DNA of 64,000 nt from Octopus sinensis (lineage: Eukaryota), in assembly GCF_006345805.1 (NCBI RefSeq), contig NC_043024.1, forward strand, positions 14,632,001 through 14,696,000, in the 5' to 3' direction. The notes under the pieces are model-generated. The model was not told where the DNA came from, did not search any database, and saw nothing but the letters and a program-made list of their open reading frames with translations. The position numbers and the translations under genes are program-made. Of this stretch, positions 1-12,807 are shown in pieces; position 1 is the stretch's first letter, and each line of letters opens with the position of its first letter.

Positions 1-99
1 TAACTTAGAAGCAACTTATGAAAGCAATTAACAGGGAAGATAAACAATCAGTCAGAGATTTCTGAAACAAATGCAACATAATAGATGTTGCGAATAATA

Positions 100-200
100 T
101 ATGAGTCATGGGATAAAATGAAACCCTCAACTTTGGTTAGTGCTTGGAAAAGCATATAGGCAGACTGTATCCATAACATTACAAATTTTCTCAATCACAA
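100..200 (+). mobile_element. Possible pogo/Tigger transposase C-terminal remnant
   Basis: Translates ESWDKMKPSTLVSAWKSI*ADCIHNITNF, similar to the pogo/Tigger W-x2-V-x3-T-x3-W-xK motif. Confidence 0.35.
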
Positions 201-1491
201 TTGTCAAATTCGAAAAGATATGATAAGTGAAGGCGCATGGCTCAGTGGTTAGAGTGCCCTGCCACATCAAAACGGTAGAGGAGTAGGGGCCAAAACCGGA
301 CGTGGTTCCTCCTGATGATGTCTTGAGCTAACTGGATCCTATAAAGGAGCTGTTGTGGTAGCAGACCATGAAACATGGTTGAAATTCCTCCTACAAGTCC
401 ATAGGAACACAGTCTCATTTGATAATATGATAATACATGCTGAATCTTGGCTGGCAGGAGACAATTTGATAATAATTTGTTCCAATCACTTCTTTCGTTT
501 CTTATTAGTCAAATAGTTAACAAAATAACTGCATGATTAATCATCTGGTCAATTAATTATCTGATTTGTCAGAGTTCAGGTCTAACTTGCTGTGTTTTTG
601 AGAGTAGTCGAGTGAGAATTCGCCATTGTGTTTGCCATTGAGAATTCATGGAAGAAGTTTCGTGGGAATATGTGGATTTCACAAGCGGTCCCCAACAATC
701 CTGCATGTAGAGACATCCTGTTTGCCACAGATTGTCCGCAGACGCAGGGACAGAATGACTGAGGAGCCACCGGTTGCCGAAACAGACACCTCGAAGATTT
801 TCACCAGAGCCCCTTCTGCCGGGTTGTGGCCCTAATATCACTCAGTGTCAGACCAATCCGCCTTGGGTGGCCCTACCAGGAACCAAAATTCCCAACGGCA
901 TAGCTCTGACACTACCCGTTGCCAGTGTCCCTACCACGGTGAGGAGGGGATGGACTTTAGGGATGAAATCTAGAATGATGAAGGCATGTTTTTGATTTTA
1001 TGGCCTGGCAAACAACAAAAAACACTCTGACAAGCGACATGAGTAATTGAATAATCAAACAATCAACCATGCATTTGATTAGCTAATTATTCAGATGATT
1101 AAGTTATTGACAAATAATAACAAAAAGAAGTGAATTAGGATGGGTACATATACCTTTCATTGCAAACTGACCCCTCATAAGAAAGAAAACCATCTGATTA
1201 AACTTGCAAAACAAATTCCCAAATAAAATACAAAAATGTGTGTGTGTGCACGTGTGTGTGTGTGCATGTGTGTCTTGCTCAAGATGAAGCTGAGAAGACC
1301 ATAGTTCAAATGAACACTCAACATACATATAGTTAGAGTGGGGGTATGTTTATCGGTAGCTAAGTAAAAACTCTGTGGAGAGCTCATTTACTTCACAGGT
1401 CCAATCGTAACCATAACCAGAGAAATTCTGATCATAAAGGATATAATCCTTGTGTACATATATATATATGTGCGTGCATGTGTGTGGTGTT

Positions 1492-1570
1492 GGCGGTTTA
1501 GCTTAAAGGTTTAGAGCACCGCGACACATAATCACGGAGGTGTGAGTTCAAGTCTCATAGCCAGCCACCA
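1492..1570 (+). pseudogene. tRNA-Met(CAU)-like pseudogene or tRNA-derived head with encoded 3' CCA
   Basis: D-arm GCUU/GAGC, anticodon arm CCGCGA-CACAUAA-UCACGG, T-arm GUGAG-UUCAAGU-CUCAU, ends ...GCCA-CCA. The acceptor stem has a bulge and the anticodon stem a mismatch. Confidence 0.5.
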
Positions 1571-2226
1571 ACACTTTTTTCTGCAAAATAGGGGTAGCTT
1601 ATCCTGTTCAGGCTATATTATTAGCATTATCCTGCGTTTGAGAATTTAAAATCACTTCTTTAACTTTCTAAGACATCTCAACGCTTCTAAAGCAAACTTA
1701 GTTTGTTTGTTTACATTCATCATAATTTGAATTTTATATATTTATTTTTACGCTTTGGTTTTTCGCTGAATTTTTTTCTTGAGAACACATTCTCCATGGA
1801 AAATGGCTATGTTGATGTCTATATCTAGCATACAGGCTGTCCACTTTTAGTGGTCAATCCTCTAAATTTTGTGTGTATATATATATATATTATATATATA
1901 TATATATATATATCGTCACGTCATGTCACGTCACGTGACCGACCAGACCATCGCTGGTCACAATGCACTTCGCATTGTTTTAGCCTTCAAATGACGCCAC
2001 CCCGCTGGCTAAGCGAGCAGGCCAACAGAAGAAAGAGTGGGAGAAAGTGTGGTGAAAGAGTACAGCAGGGATCACCACCCCCTGCTGGAGCCTCGTGGAG
2101 CCTTTTAGGTGTTTTCGCTCAATAAACACACACAACGCCCGGTCTGGGAATCGAAACCGCGATCCTCTGACCGCGAGTATGCTGCCCTAACCACTGGGCC
2201 ATTGCGCCTCCACATGCATACATACA

Positions 2227-2305
<79 letters not shown>

Positions 2306-2584
2306 TATATTCCAAATAGATTAGATAGCTGCCTATGTCTGGTGCCATGTTTTATAGTTCTTGTGTGTGTGTATTTTTGTATGGGGTTGCAGGCTTAATT
2401 TCAGTTTGGAATAGATTGACAGTTGAGCAAGAACACAGTCATTATCAAATCTGATGGATGACTATAAGCAAGTAGTAATGGCAAAACTTGAAATAAAGAT
2501 TAGAAAAGTTTAAATGAGATGCTTCAATTATTCTAGGAAACCACTGGAAACAGCAAGGAAGATGTGAATAAAGTCTCACACTTT

Positions 2585-3064
2585 TTAACCCTTTCATTAC
2601 TGTATTTATTTTGAGATGTTCTGTGTTTCTTTCAATTAATTTTAAATATAACAAAGAACTTAGTAAAATAACTTAGTTATCATTCAGCTAGTGTTAGGAA
2701 CATAAATTGTGACTAAAATCTGGAGGAAGATTTTAATTCAAACCTTATGAAAACAAGACATTTGTACTCAGTACCAGAGTTGGTTTCAACCGGGTTGGTA
2801 TCAAAAGGGTTAAGAATTGTTTCTCTATTATTTATTTTAACCCTTTCATTACCATATTTCTGTTGAGATGCTCTGTGTTTCTTTCAATTACTTTAAATAT
2901 AACAAAGAATTTAGTAAAATAACTTAGTTATCATTCAGCTAGTGTTAGGAACATAAATTGTGACTAAGATTTGGTGGAAGATTTTAATTCAAAACTTATG
3001 AAAACAAGACATTTGTACTCGGAGCCAGAGCTGGTTTCAGCCTGGTTAGTAACAAAAGGGTTAA
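2585..3064. mobile_element. Two tandem piggyBac-like MITEs (TTAA-CCCTTT...AAAGGG-TTAA)
   Basis: Two about 228-bp copies, each bounded by ttaa|ccctt and aaggg|ttaa. The same element is at 16227-16625. Confidence 0.7.
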
Positions 3065-3861
3065 GCAAGTGTTGGATAGTCATGAATATTTAGATTGTCA
3101 CTGGACTCTACTGTCCAAAAAAGTATCTGCAAATTTGGAGGATAATTTACAGGAATTTCATCATTAGATGATGGAAAGTTGTTGTATCTAAAATGAAAGA
3201 GCATTTGTTCTCCACATCATGGATTACTGGTTTGTAAAACTGATTTTGAAATTTCTCTTTCATTTCATGTGTTATTTTTTCCAGCCACACTAATTCATAT
3301 GCTCTCGTTCTATTTCTCATTGTCTTCCTCTGTGTCATTCTCTCTCACTTAAATTTTCATTTGGAAAAAGGAATATTCAATTTTTAGTGAGTAAAATAAA
3401 CAAAGCTACTCTGTAAATTTGTGAGACATCAATTTAAGTACTAAATAACAAATGGATGTCTACTGCTTAAGTCTACTTTACAATGAACAGCCCTAAAAGT
3501 CTTAGTTTAAAAATCTGAGAAAACATTCATATCATGTGGAAATAAACATGATAAAACTTGTAAGTAACCGTCTTATTTATTTAATCAAATCTCCAATATC
3601 ATTTAAAAGTGAACAGATTTCTATTAGTAAGAGTCAAAGAAATTATAATACAAATATATTGGTACCTTTTTGCAGTTCCCAGAATACGTGACCCATCTGT
3701 TACTGTAACAGATATATTAAGCTCAGCTCCATTGTATGTTTAATTATTATAATGAAAAAGTACTACAAATGAAATTAGTTATTCTCTCAAAAAATTTTAG
3801 TTTTTCATCCAATGGTTTATTCATAGTTTGTACTAGTTCACACATCCCACTTAGTATTATA

Positions 3862-4271
3862 TACTCCTTTTACTCTTTTACTTGTTTCAGTCATTTGACT
3901 GCAGCCATGCTGGAGCACCGCCTCTAGTCGACCAAATCAACCCCAGGACTTATTCTTTGTAAGCCTAGTACTTATTCTATCGGTCTCTTTTGCCGAACCA
4001 CTAAGTTACGGTGACGTAAACACACCAGCATCGGTTGTCAAGCGATGTTGGGGGGGGGGACAAACACAGACACACAAACATATACACACACACACACATA
4101 TATTTATATATACATATATTTCAGTTTCTGTCTACCAAATCCACTCACAAGGCTTTGGTCGACCCGAGGCTATAGTAGAAGATATTTGCCCAAGATGCCA
4201 TGCAGTGGGACTGAACCCGGAACCATGTGGTTGGTAAACAAGCTACTTACCACACAGCCACTCCTATGCCT
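3862..4271 (-). mobile_element. tRNA-derived SINE, family A (head aggcgcaggagtggctgtgtggtaag)
   Basis: A box TGGCTGTGTGG, B box GGTTCAGTCCC, internal (CA/TA)n. Other minus copies at about 5444-5858, 13995-14399, 15424-15802, 21712-22147, 24750-25179 and 29028-29428. Confidence 0.9.
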
Positions 4272-4766
4272 ATATATGTATTCATCTCAATGAATTAATA
4301 AATAGCAGCCTATCGGCAGCATTGCAGATTTTATATAGAATCATGCAACCACAATCCCCCCCCCCCCCACCATCTCCACATCAAATTTCACATTTGGTTT
4401 GTGCCTATCTTCTAGACATAATAGTTCTTTTGTGTCATTGTGTTTGAGACATGTCTTGCATTATCTTGCATTTTTAGCTTGAAATGGGCAAATGGTTTGG
4501 AGTGTATAAAATGTGTATATACACAAGCTTTATTCAAGGTTTGTCACTTTGAAACAATGAGGTAAACATGAACTCAGACAATCTAGATGATTGATTGGTC
4601 AAATAATTATTTGACCAATTATAATTATAATAATTATAATTAATCAAGCAGCTGGTTATTAGGTGGTTAGAAAATTGATAACCAGTGACTAATAATTATA
4701 AAAAGGAGTGAAATATGAGTGTATGTGTTCCTTATAGCCTAAATGAATTATCTAATTAATAAACAC

Positions 4767-4769
<3 letters not shown>

Positions 4770-4806
<37 letters not shown>

Positions 4807-5400
4807 AATTATTGTATACAGTGCTCAGGTGCACCACAACTTGTCAAAAGTGCATATAAAGTATATGCAGTAATGTATAAATGTCTGGGAAGTGAACAGT
4901 GTATGAGTCAGATACATGCTTGCGTGTGTATGGAGGGGAGAAAATCAGGTGTAGTGTTGGCAAATCTCAGGAAGCATGGAAGTTTTGAAGGATGCAGTGC
5001 TCCGACAACTAACAACTGATGCCGGCAGTTTGTTCCATACTTCAGCAACTCTCAGCGTGAAAAAATGTTTCCGAAAGTCATGGGAGCTGTGCTGTTTTCT
5101 GACTTTGTAAACATGTCCATGGGTGTTAGACAGGTGGAGTTTGAAAAGGTGCTCAGAGTTATTGTTTGTAAGATGGTTAATAATTTTATGGGTGTCTGCC
5201 AAGTCAGCTGCCAGATGTCGGAGTTTCAGTGTATCCATGCCCAGCGAAGTAAGGCGTTCAGAATATGGCAGATGCCTGATGGAGGGTATTCTCTTGGTTG
5301 CACGTCACTGAACGGTTTACAGATGATTAATATCCTGGACAAGATAGGGGTTCCAGACCGGTGATGCAAATTCCAGGTGAGACCACACCATAGCTATATA
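4770..5400 (-). mobile_element. CR1/L2-like LINE 3' remnant with (TTA)n tail
   Basis: ORF 4945-5238(-): HGHVYKVRKQHSSHDFRKHFFTLRVAEVWNKLPASVV, a typical CR1-group ORF2 C-terminus. Confidence 0.75.
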
Positions 5401-6089
5401 AAGCCTTGGATAGATAGCCGGAGAGCTATATATAAACTACATATACTCTCTCTTTACTCTTTTACTTGTTTCAGTCAGTTGACTGCAGCCATGCTGGAGC
5501 ACCGCCTTTAGTCGAGCAAATCGACCCCGGGACTTATTCTTTGTAAGCCCAGTACTTATTCTATCGGTCTCTTTTGCCGAACCGCTAAGTGACGGGGACG
5601 TAAACACACCAGCATCGGTTGTCAAGCAATGCTAGGGGGACAAACACAAACACACAAACATATACACACACACTTATATACATATACATATATACGACAG
5701 GCTTCTTTCAGTTTCCGTCTACCAAATTCACTCACAAGGCATTGGTCAGCCCGGGACTATAGCAGAAGACACTTGCTCAAGGTGCCACGCAGTGGGACTG
5801 AACCCGGAACCATGTGGTTGGTTAGCAAGCTACTTACCACACAGCCACTCCTGCGCCTATTTTCTTTTTTCCTAAACACATTTTCCTTTTTATGTTTCTC
5901 TTGCTGTTTTGAACAATCATCAGATGCACGTTGCTGACCAGCTTAATGGTCAAAAAGGTGTTTGTTTGGGTCTCCTTGTCTAAACCTTTCCCAGGTTTCT
6001 GGGTGAGCAGTGTTACACTAGAAAGGGTTGCTCAGATGCTTGCAGCCTCACTGAAACTTGTTGCTGTTCTGTCAACAATTTTTTTTTTT

Positions 6090-6422
6090 TGACCCCCTTC
6101 GGTCAGACACTGACCATGGGTTTGCACCTAGAGAGTTACCCTCTGAGGCACAAGTCTGGGCAAGGTTGTTTTATGGAAGACCAGCAGTCGCCCATGCATA
6201 CCGGTCTCCCCTCTCCACGTCACCGATGTTGTCCAAGGGAAAGGCAAAGGGGCTGATACAGCTTGGCACCTGTGACGTCGCAACTCATTTCTACAGCTGA
6301 GTGAACTAGAGCAACGTGAAATAAAGTGTCTTGCTCAAGAACACAACACACAGCTCGGTCCGGGATTCGAGCTCACAACCTCACGATCGTAAGCTCGACG
6401 CTCTAACCACTGAGCCACGCGT
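6090..6422 (-). mobile_element. tRNA-derived SINE, family C
   Basis: Head gcgtggctcagtggttagagcg...gagctcgaatccc, then ttcttgagcaagacac. Related copy at about 27785-28020(-). Confidence 0.75.
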
Positions 6423-7047
6423 CAACAATACAACCACATCTAATGGGCTTGAGCCACCTCCATGCATAGTTATGACTGTGCTTCCAGCTCTTTAAGCCTG
6501 GACATTCCCCACTACTCACTGACCATTGGACTCCAAGAGATATCTGTACACTGATAAAAATGCTAAATGCTTGAATGACGTATAATACCATCTCCTCTCA
6601 CAAAATCTTATGTCCATTGAAAAGCTAAAATAAGGTAACTGAATGATTATGGAAGCCACATATGTTATTGGCTGATTGAACTCTTTAGTCTTATTAAGAT
6701 GTGTGTGTGTGTGTGTGTGTGTGTGATCATCATCATCATCGTCATCGTTTAACGTCCACTTTCCATGCTGGCATGGGTTGGACGGTTTGACTGAGGGCTG
6801 GCAAGCCAGAAGTCTGCACCAGGCTCCAATTTGATGATCTGGCAAAGTTTCTACAGCCAGATGCCCTTCCTAATGCCAACCACTCCGAGAGTGTAGTGGG
6901 TGGCACTGGCAACGACCATGTTCAAATGGTGCTACAGACATGGGATCAGTCAGGCAGAACACACACACACACATATATATTCATGTATGTATGTATGTAT
7001 ATGTATGTATATATGTGTGTATAGATATATATATGTATGTATATATG

Positions 7048-7090
<43 letters not shown>

Positions 7091-7544
7091 ATATGTGTGT
7101 GTGTGTATATATATATATATGTATATATGTGTGTGTGTGTGTGCATATATATATATATATATATACATATATATGCATGTATATATATATATGTGTGTGT
7201 GTATGTATGTATGTATGTATGTATGTATGTATATGTATATATGTGTGTATATATGTATGTATATGTATGTATATAATCAACATGAAATTAAATATACATG
7301 TACTCACTCCATAGAAAGGTAATCTATCGCAATTCAATCATTCAGGATGAGAAACAAATACAATACATATAACAAAATGAGAGTATTTTCATTATAAAAA
7401 CGTAACATATATTAAGACTTATTTAGTGTTAAATATAAATGTTTCCCTGTAGACGGTATTGAGGAATAAATTGGAGCAGTAAAAGAGTGACATTATATTT
7501 GTATTATAAACTGGTTTACACTTAACTTTAATACCTCAAATGTA

Positions 7545-9690
7545 CATTTATGTTCTATAGAATGTATAAATATCATATGAAACTATTTCTGATCAAAAAC
7601 TATGAATTGCATAAATATCATATGGAGTATTTCTAATGAAAAACTGTAGAATGTATAAATATCATATGAAGTTATTTCTAATAAAAAAAAACTGTAGAAT
7701 GTATAAATATCATATGAAGTTATTTCTAATAAAAAAAACTGTAGAATGTATAAATATCATATGAAGTTATTTCTAATAAAAAAAACTGTAGAATATATAA
7801 ATATTATATGAAGTTATTTCTAATAAAAAAAACTATATAATGTATGAATATCATATGAAGTTATTTCTAATAAAAAAAACTGTAGAATGTATAAATATCA
7901 TATGAAGTTATTTCTAATAAAAAAAACTGTAGAATGTATAAATATCATATGAAGTTATTTCTAATAAAAAAAAATGTAGAATGTATAAATATTATATGAA
8001 GTTATTTCTAATAAAAAAAACTGTAGAATGTATAAATATCATATGAAGTTATTTCTAATGAAAAAAAACTGTAGAATGTATAATATCATATGAAGTTATT
8101 TCTAATGAAAAAAAACTGTAGAATGTATAAATATCATATGAAGTTATTTCTAATAAAAAAAACTGTAGAATGTATAAATATCATATGAAGTTATTTCTAA
8201 TAAAAAAAACTGTAGAATATATAAATATCATATGAAGTTATTTCTAATGAAAAAAAACTGTAGAATGTATAAATATCATATGAAGTTATTTCTAATAAAA
8301 AAAACTGTAGAATGTATAAATATCATATGAAGTTATTTCTAATAAAAAAAACTGTAGAATGTATAAATATCATATGAAGTTATTTCTAATAAAAAAAAAT
8401 GTAGAATGTATAAATATCATATGAAGTTATATCTAATAAAAAAAAAACTGTAGAATGTATAAATATCCTATGAAGTTATTTCTAATAAAAAAAACTGTAG
8501 AATGTATAAATATCATATGAAGTTATTTCTAATGAAAAAAAACTGTAGAATATATAAATATCATATGAAGTTATTTCTAATGAAAAAAAACTGTAGAATG
8601 TATAAATATCATATGAAGTTATTTCTAATAAAAAAAACTGTAGAATGTATAAATATCATATGAAGTTATTTCTAATAAAAAAAACTGTAGAATGTATAAA
8701 TATCATATGAAGTTATTTCTAATGAAAAAAAACTGTAGAATGTATAAATATCATATGAAGTTATTTCTAATAAAAAAACTGTAGAATGTATAAATATCAT
8801 ATGAAGTTATTTCTAATAAAAAAAACTGTAGAATGTATAAATATCATATGAAGTTATTTCTAATAAAAAAAAATGTAGAATGTATAAATATCATATGAAG
8901 TTATTTCTAATAAAAAAAATGTAGAATGTATAAATATCATATGAAGTTATTTCTAATAAAAAAACTGTAGAATGTATAAATATCATATGAAGTTATTTCT
9001 AATAAAAAAAAATGTAGAATGTATAAATATCATATGAAGTTATTTCTAATAAAAAAACTGTAGAATGTATAAATATCATATGAAGTTATTTCTAATAAAA
9101 AAAACTGTAGAATGTATAAATATCATATGAAGTTATTTCTAATAAGAAAAAATGTAGAATGTATAAATATCATATGAAGTTATTTCTAATAAAAAAAACT
9201 GTAGAATGTATAAATATCATATGAAGTTATTTCTAATAAAAAAACTGTAGAATGTATAAATATCATATGAAGTTATTTCTAATAAAAAAAAAATGTAGAA
9301 TGTATAAATATCATATGAAGTTATTTCTAATAAAAAAAACTGTAGAATGTATAAATATCATATGAAGTTATTTCTAATGAAAAAAAACTGTAGAATGTAT
9401 AAATATCATATGAAGTTATTTCTAATAAAAAAGAACTATATAATGTATAAATATCATATGAAGTTATTTCTAATAAAAAAAACTGTAGAATGTATAAATA
9501 TCATATGAAGCTATTTCTAATAAAAAAAACTGTAGAATGTATAAATATCATATGGAGTATTTCTAATGAATAACTGTAGAATGTATAAATATCATATGAA
9601 GTTATTTCTAATAAAAAAGAACTATATAATGTATAAATATCATATGAAGTTATTTCTAATCAAAGAAATTATACAATGTATAAATATCAT
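7545..9690. repeat. AT-rich minisatellite, about 47-bp unit (ctgtagaatgtataaatatcatatgaagttatttctaat(a)n), about 45 copies
   Basis: Period of 47 measured at 7692/7739/7786. Length variation lies only in the A-run; edge copies are more diverged. Confidence 0.97.
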
Positions 9691-9699
9691 ACGTAACTA

Positions 9700-11780
9700 T
9701 AGACTGTAACAGGTAAACTGGGACCATTTAAGTATGTTTAATATAATTATCGTTCGTCGTTTAACGTCCGCTTTCCATGCTAGCATGGGTTGGACGGTTT
9801 GACTGTGGGCTGGTGAACCAGATGACTGCACCAGGCTCCAGTCTTGATCTGGCAGAATTTCTACTGCTGGATGCCCTTCCTAATGCCAACCACTCCAGGA
9901 GTGTAGTGGGAGCTTTTACGTGCCACCAGCACGGGGGCCAGTCAGGCAGTACTGGCAACAACCTCACTTGAATTTTTCTACACATGCCAACGGCACAGGT
10001 GCCAGTAAGGCGATGCTTGTAATGATCCCACTTGGTGAGCTGGTTAAGGCGACGAGCTGGTAGAATCGTTAGCACGCCGTTACGTTCTGAGTTCAAATTC
10101 CGCCGAGGTCGACTTTGCCTTTCATCCTTTTGGGGTCGATAAATTAAGTACCAGTTACTCACTGGGGTCGATGTAATCGACTTAATCCCTTTGTCTGTCC
10201 TTGTTTGTCCCCTCTGTGTTTAGCCCCTTGTGGGTAGTAAAGAAACATGTAATGGTGCCTCCTACATGCCACCGGCATGGAAGCCAATCAGCCACTCTGG
10301 CAACGATCACGCTCGGATGCGGAAAAATCAAACAGTGCAAGTTTTATGTTTATGCCAATTTATTGTGGAGTTTTTAGCACTTATTTCAGTTCAATGTAAC
10401 TGCCATTATCTTTCTTTGCCAGTTCAATCCGTTTCCGAAATGACGTGCATGCCTTAACTATTTCTTCCTTTTTCATTTTACCAAATGCTCACTCGGTTGA
10501 AGCAATCAGTGAAGACACACAGTTGTGAAAAGTTGTGTTAGATATTGCTTCAGCTGCACCCCTTAGCCAAAAATCACACAAATTCAAAATCTTGTAAGCT
10601 AGAGGGCCAGATATCTTTAGGGACAGACATGGGCAGTTCCTTCTACAAGCATTTTTACACTATTTTTAAAGAATGAGTGGGTGTGGAGTCCTGTACAAAC
10701 ATGTCTTGACTTTCATTCTAATGCTTCTTAATCCAAGGCAACAAAACTTATAAGATTTTGAGATACTCTGCTCCATTGATTTTAAGACCCACTTCAATAA
10801 GATGAGGAAGTATCAATTTCCCATCTCCTGCAACAGCTCCACAGACCATAATGGAAGCTGGATTCTTGCTATGCAGAGCAGAGGGTACTTGGGAAGGGTT
10901 GAACACTATCACTCAGGAGTTTTGATGGTTTGCAACTTCGTTCTACCACGAACTACTTTTCATTCACAAAGATGTTTCAGATGACTAACTTTAAATATCA
11001 ACTTTAACAAAATAAAAACAACCACCACACTGTTTTAGTTGACTAAGAAGTTTTGGACTTCTTTCAACCAACCCAAATGGCTTTGGAGTGCATAGTTAGG
11101 ATGTTACAGTGTCTATTCACATATGATTCCATATGGAAGTCTTTGTTTCACGGCCCTAGAAATGGTCATTTTACTGATTCCTCAATCTTGAGCCAACTTC
11201 ACCATCAATTTCGATGGATTCAACTCAGTTGATCTTATAAGTCCTGCTAAGAAGCGAGGTGTGCAGTTTCAGTCCCCACAAGGATTTTAGGCTTTCTCTA
11301 AACCTCCCGACTTTTCTTCAAATTGACTACAACTCTAAAAACAGTAGATTTGGCATACTTTATGGCTCTAACAATCTTCCCAACACTTTTACTGGTGCAC
11401 AATAATTCAGAAATTACACTTCTACAATTTAATTCTTTATTAATATTTATAACTTGTTCAAGCAGAAATAAAAAAAATAGCTCAAGTGATTATTGAAGCT
11501 TGTAATATTTAAAATTTAGACTCCAACAAAATCTATACAATTAGAAATCTACCCATTTGAAACTTGTCCCAGTTTACCTGTTACACCCTGTATTTGAAAC
11601 TTGTCCCAGTTTACCTGTTACACCCTGTATTTGAAACTTGTCCCAGTTTACCTGTTACACCCTGTATTTGAAACTTGTCCCAGTTTACCTGTTACACCCT
11701 GTATTTGAAACTTGTCCCAGTTTACCTGTTACACCCTGTATTTGAAACTTGTCCCAGTTTACCTGTTACACTCTGTATTT
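9700..11780 (-). mobile_element. Decayed DD37D (maT-like) Tc1/mariner transposon with nested retro-insertions
   Basis: Minus-strand remnant about 10330-10960: KNPASIMVCGAVAGDGKL...FVQDSTPTH...DIWPSSLQD(fs)LNLCDFW, with 37 residues between the second and third D. Left TIR-like tagactgtaacaggtaaactgggac at 9700 after TA; right TIR gtcccagtttacctgttacaccctg-ta. Confidence 0.75.
11555..11780. repeat. 37-bp x6 tandem repeat made of the transposon's right TIR plus the TA target
   Basis: Unit atttgaaacttgtcccagtttacctgttacaccctgt; its reverse complement matches tgtaacaggtaaactgggac at about 9705. Confidence 0.9.
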
Positions 11781-11990
11781 CTAATCAAAAACATTAAGCC
11801 CAGCTGCAGTTCATCTATGTCTAATGCTTATATGGATTTGTTACTATACTGTCACACTTAGTGACTGATTTATTGTGTAGAAATAATAATTGCTCATTAA
11901 ATATATTTTTATATAGAATAACAGATATATAAATAATTTGTGAGAGGGAGGAATTGGAAGTTGTGCGATGCCATGGATTGCAGCAAGAAA

Positions 11991-12374
11991 TCTCTCTATA
12001 TATAAACGGCAGTTTGTCTGTCTGCGTGTCTGTGTGTCTGTTAGGTTGTACCCTCACCCTGACCACGGCTTTCAACTGATTCTGATGAAACTTGACACAC
12101 ACATAGCCCAATGTCATAATTCAAAACTAACGCAGCGAAAATTTTGAAAAGTTCCCCCAGCTCTGAAAAAAATCGATAAATTCGACATGGGGTCGAGAAT
12201 CAGAAACACAAACCACAGACTGTCTAGGGGACGCAACTCGACCTTTTTAACTCTCAAAAAAAATTTACCATAATTTTTTTTCCATTTTTTTGCTATTTTT
12301 TGGCTATAACTCTCTAAAAATGCTTTATAGTTATTTCCCTTACAAACCCGAGCAACGCCGGGCGATACTGCTTG
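11991..12374 (+). mobile_element. Non-autonomous Helitron-like element
   Basis: A|TC 5' end (atctctctatatataaac), subterminal hairpin cccgagcaacgccggg, and CTTG|T (CTAG variant) 3' end. The same 3' end occurs inverted at 17597. Confidence 0.65.
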
Positions 12375-12639
12375 TATATTTATAACTCATAAGCTATCTG
12401 TAGGTCTGTTTGTCTTTTCTCACTCAGCATGTTAACTAATATCATTTGAACTTTCACTATGTCAACAGATTATTCATTCACAATATATTTACTGTTACAT
12501 TTAAATGAAGAGGTCTTGATTGTAATTTTCTACATTTACTGAGATATTTATGCTATATAGTACTTTGTTTTTTTTTAACACATATCAGCTTAAATATTGT
12601 ATGACAGAAAGTAAATGGATATTCACTCTTTGATTACAG

Positions 12640-12669
12640 GGAAAACTGGCCCAAACTGTACTCACACTG
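12640..12669 (+). CDS. Probable 30-nt phase-1/phase-1 micro-exon of the mucin-like gene, encoding xG-KTGPNCTHT
   Basis: Acceptor ctctttgattacag|G and donor CTG|gtatgg. Length 30 = 2+27+1, open in the phase that joins the 20023 exon. Alternative reading: an ATG at 12694 (MKCLYILSLFDFTFSISATADAGK, signal-peptide-like) spliced at weaker donors 12767 or 12773, also phase 1. Confidence 0.45.
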
Positions 12670-12807
12670 GTATGGATATTTTAATATCAATATATGAAAT
12701 GTCTTTATATTTTATCATTGTTTGATTTCACTTTTTCAATATCAGCGACAGCGGACGCTGGAAAAAGTATAAGTATTTGTGAAGGAAATCTAATTCTCGC
12801 CGACAAC

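Noticed and set aside
3676-3733. Candidate upstream exon (ccttttgcag|TTCCCAGA...CCATT|gtatgt)
   Set aside because: It is open only as phase 1 to 2, which cannot join the downstream exon chain without hitting a stop at 28439; no other support.
7545-9690. CRISPR-like regular array
   Set aside because: Units are head-to-tail with no unique spacers, the context is eukaryotic and there are no cas genes. The same applies to the 37-bp and 20-bp arrays.
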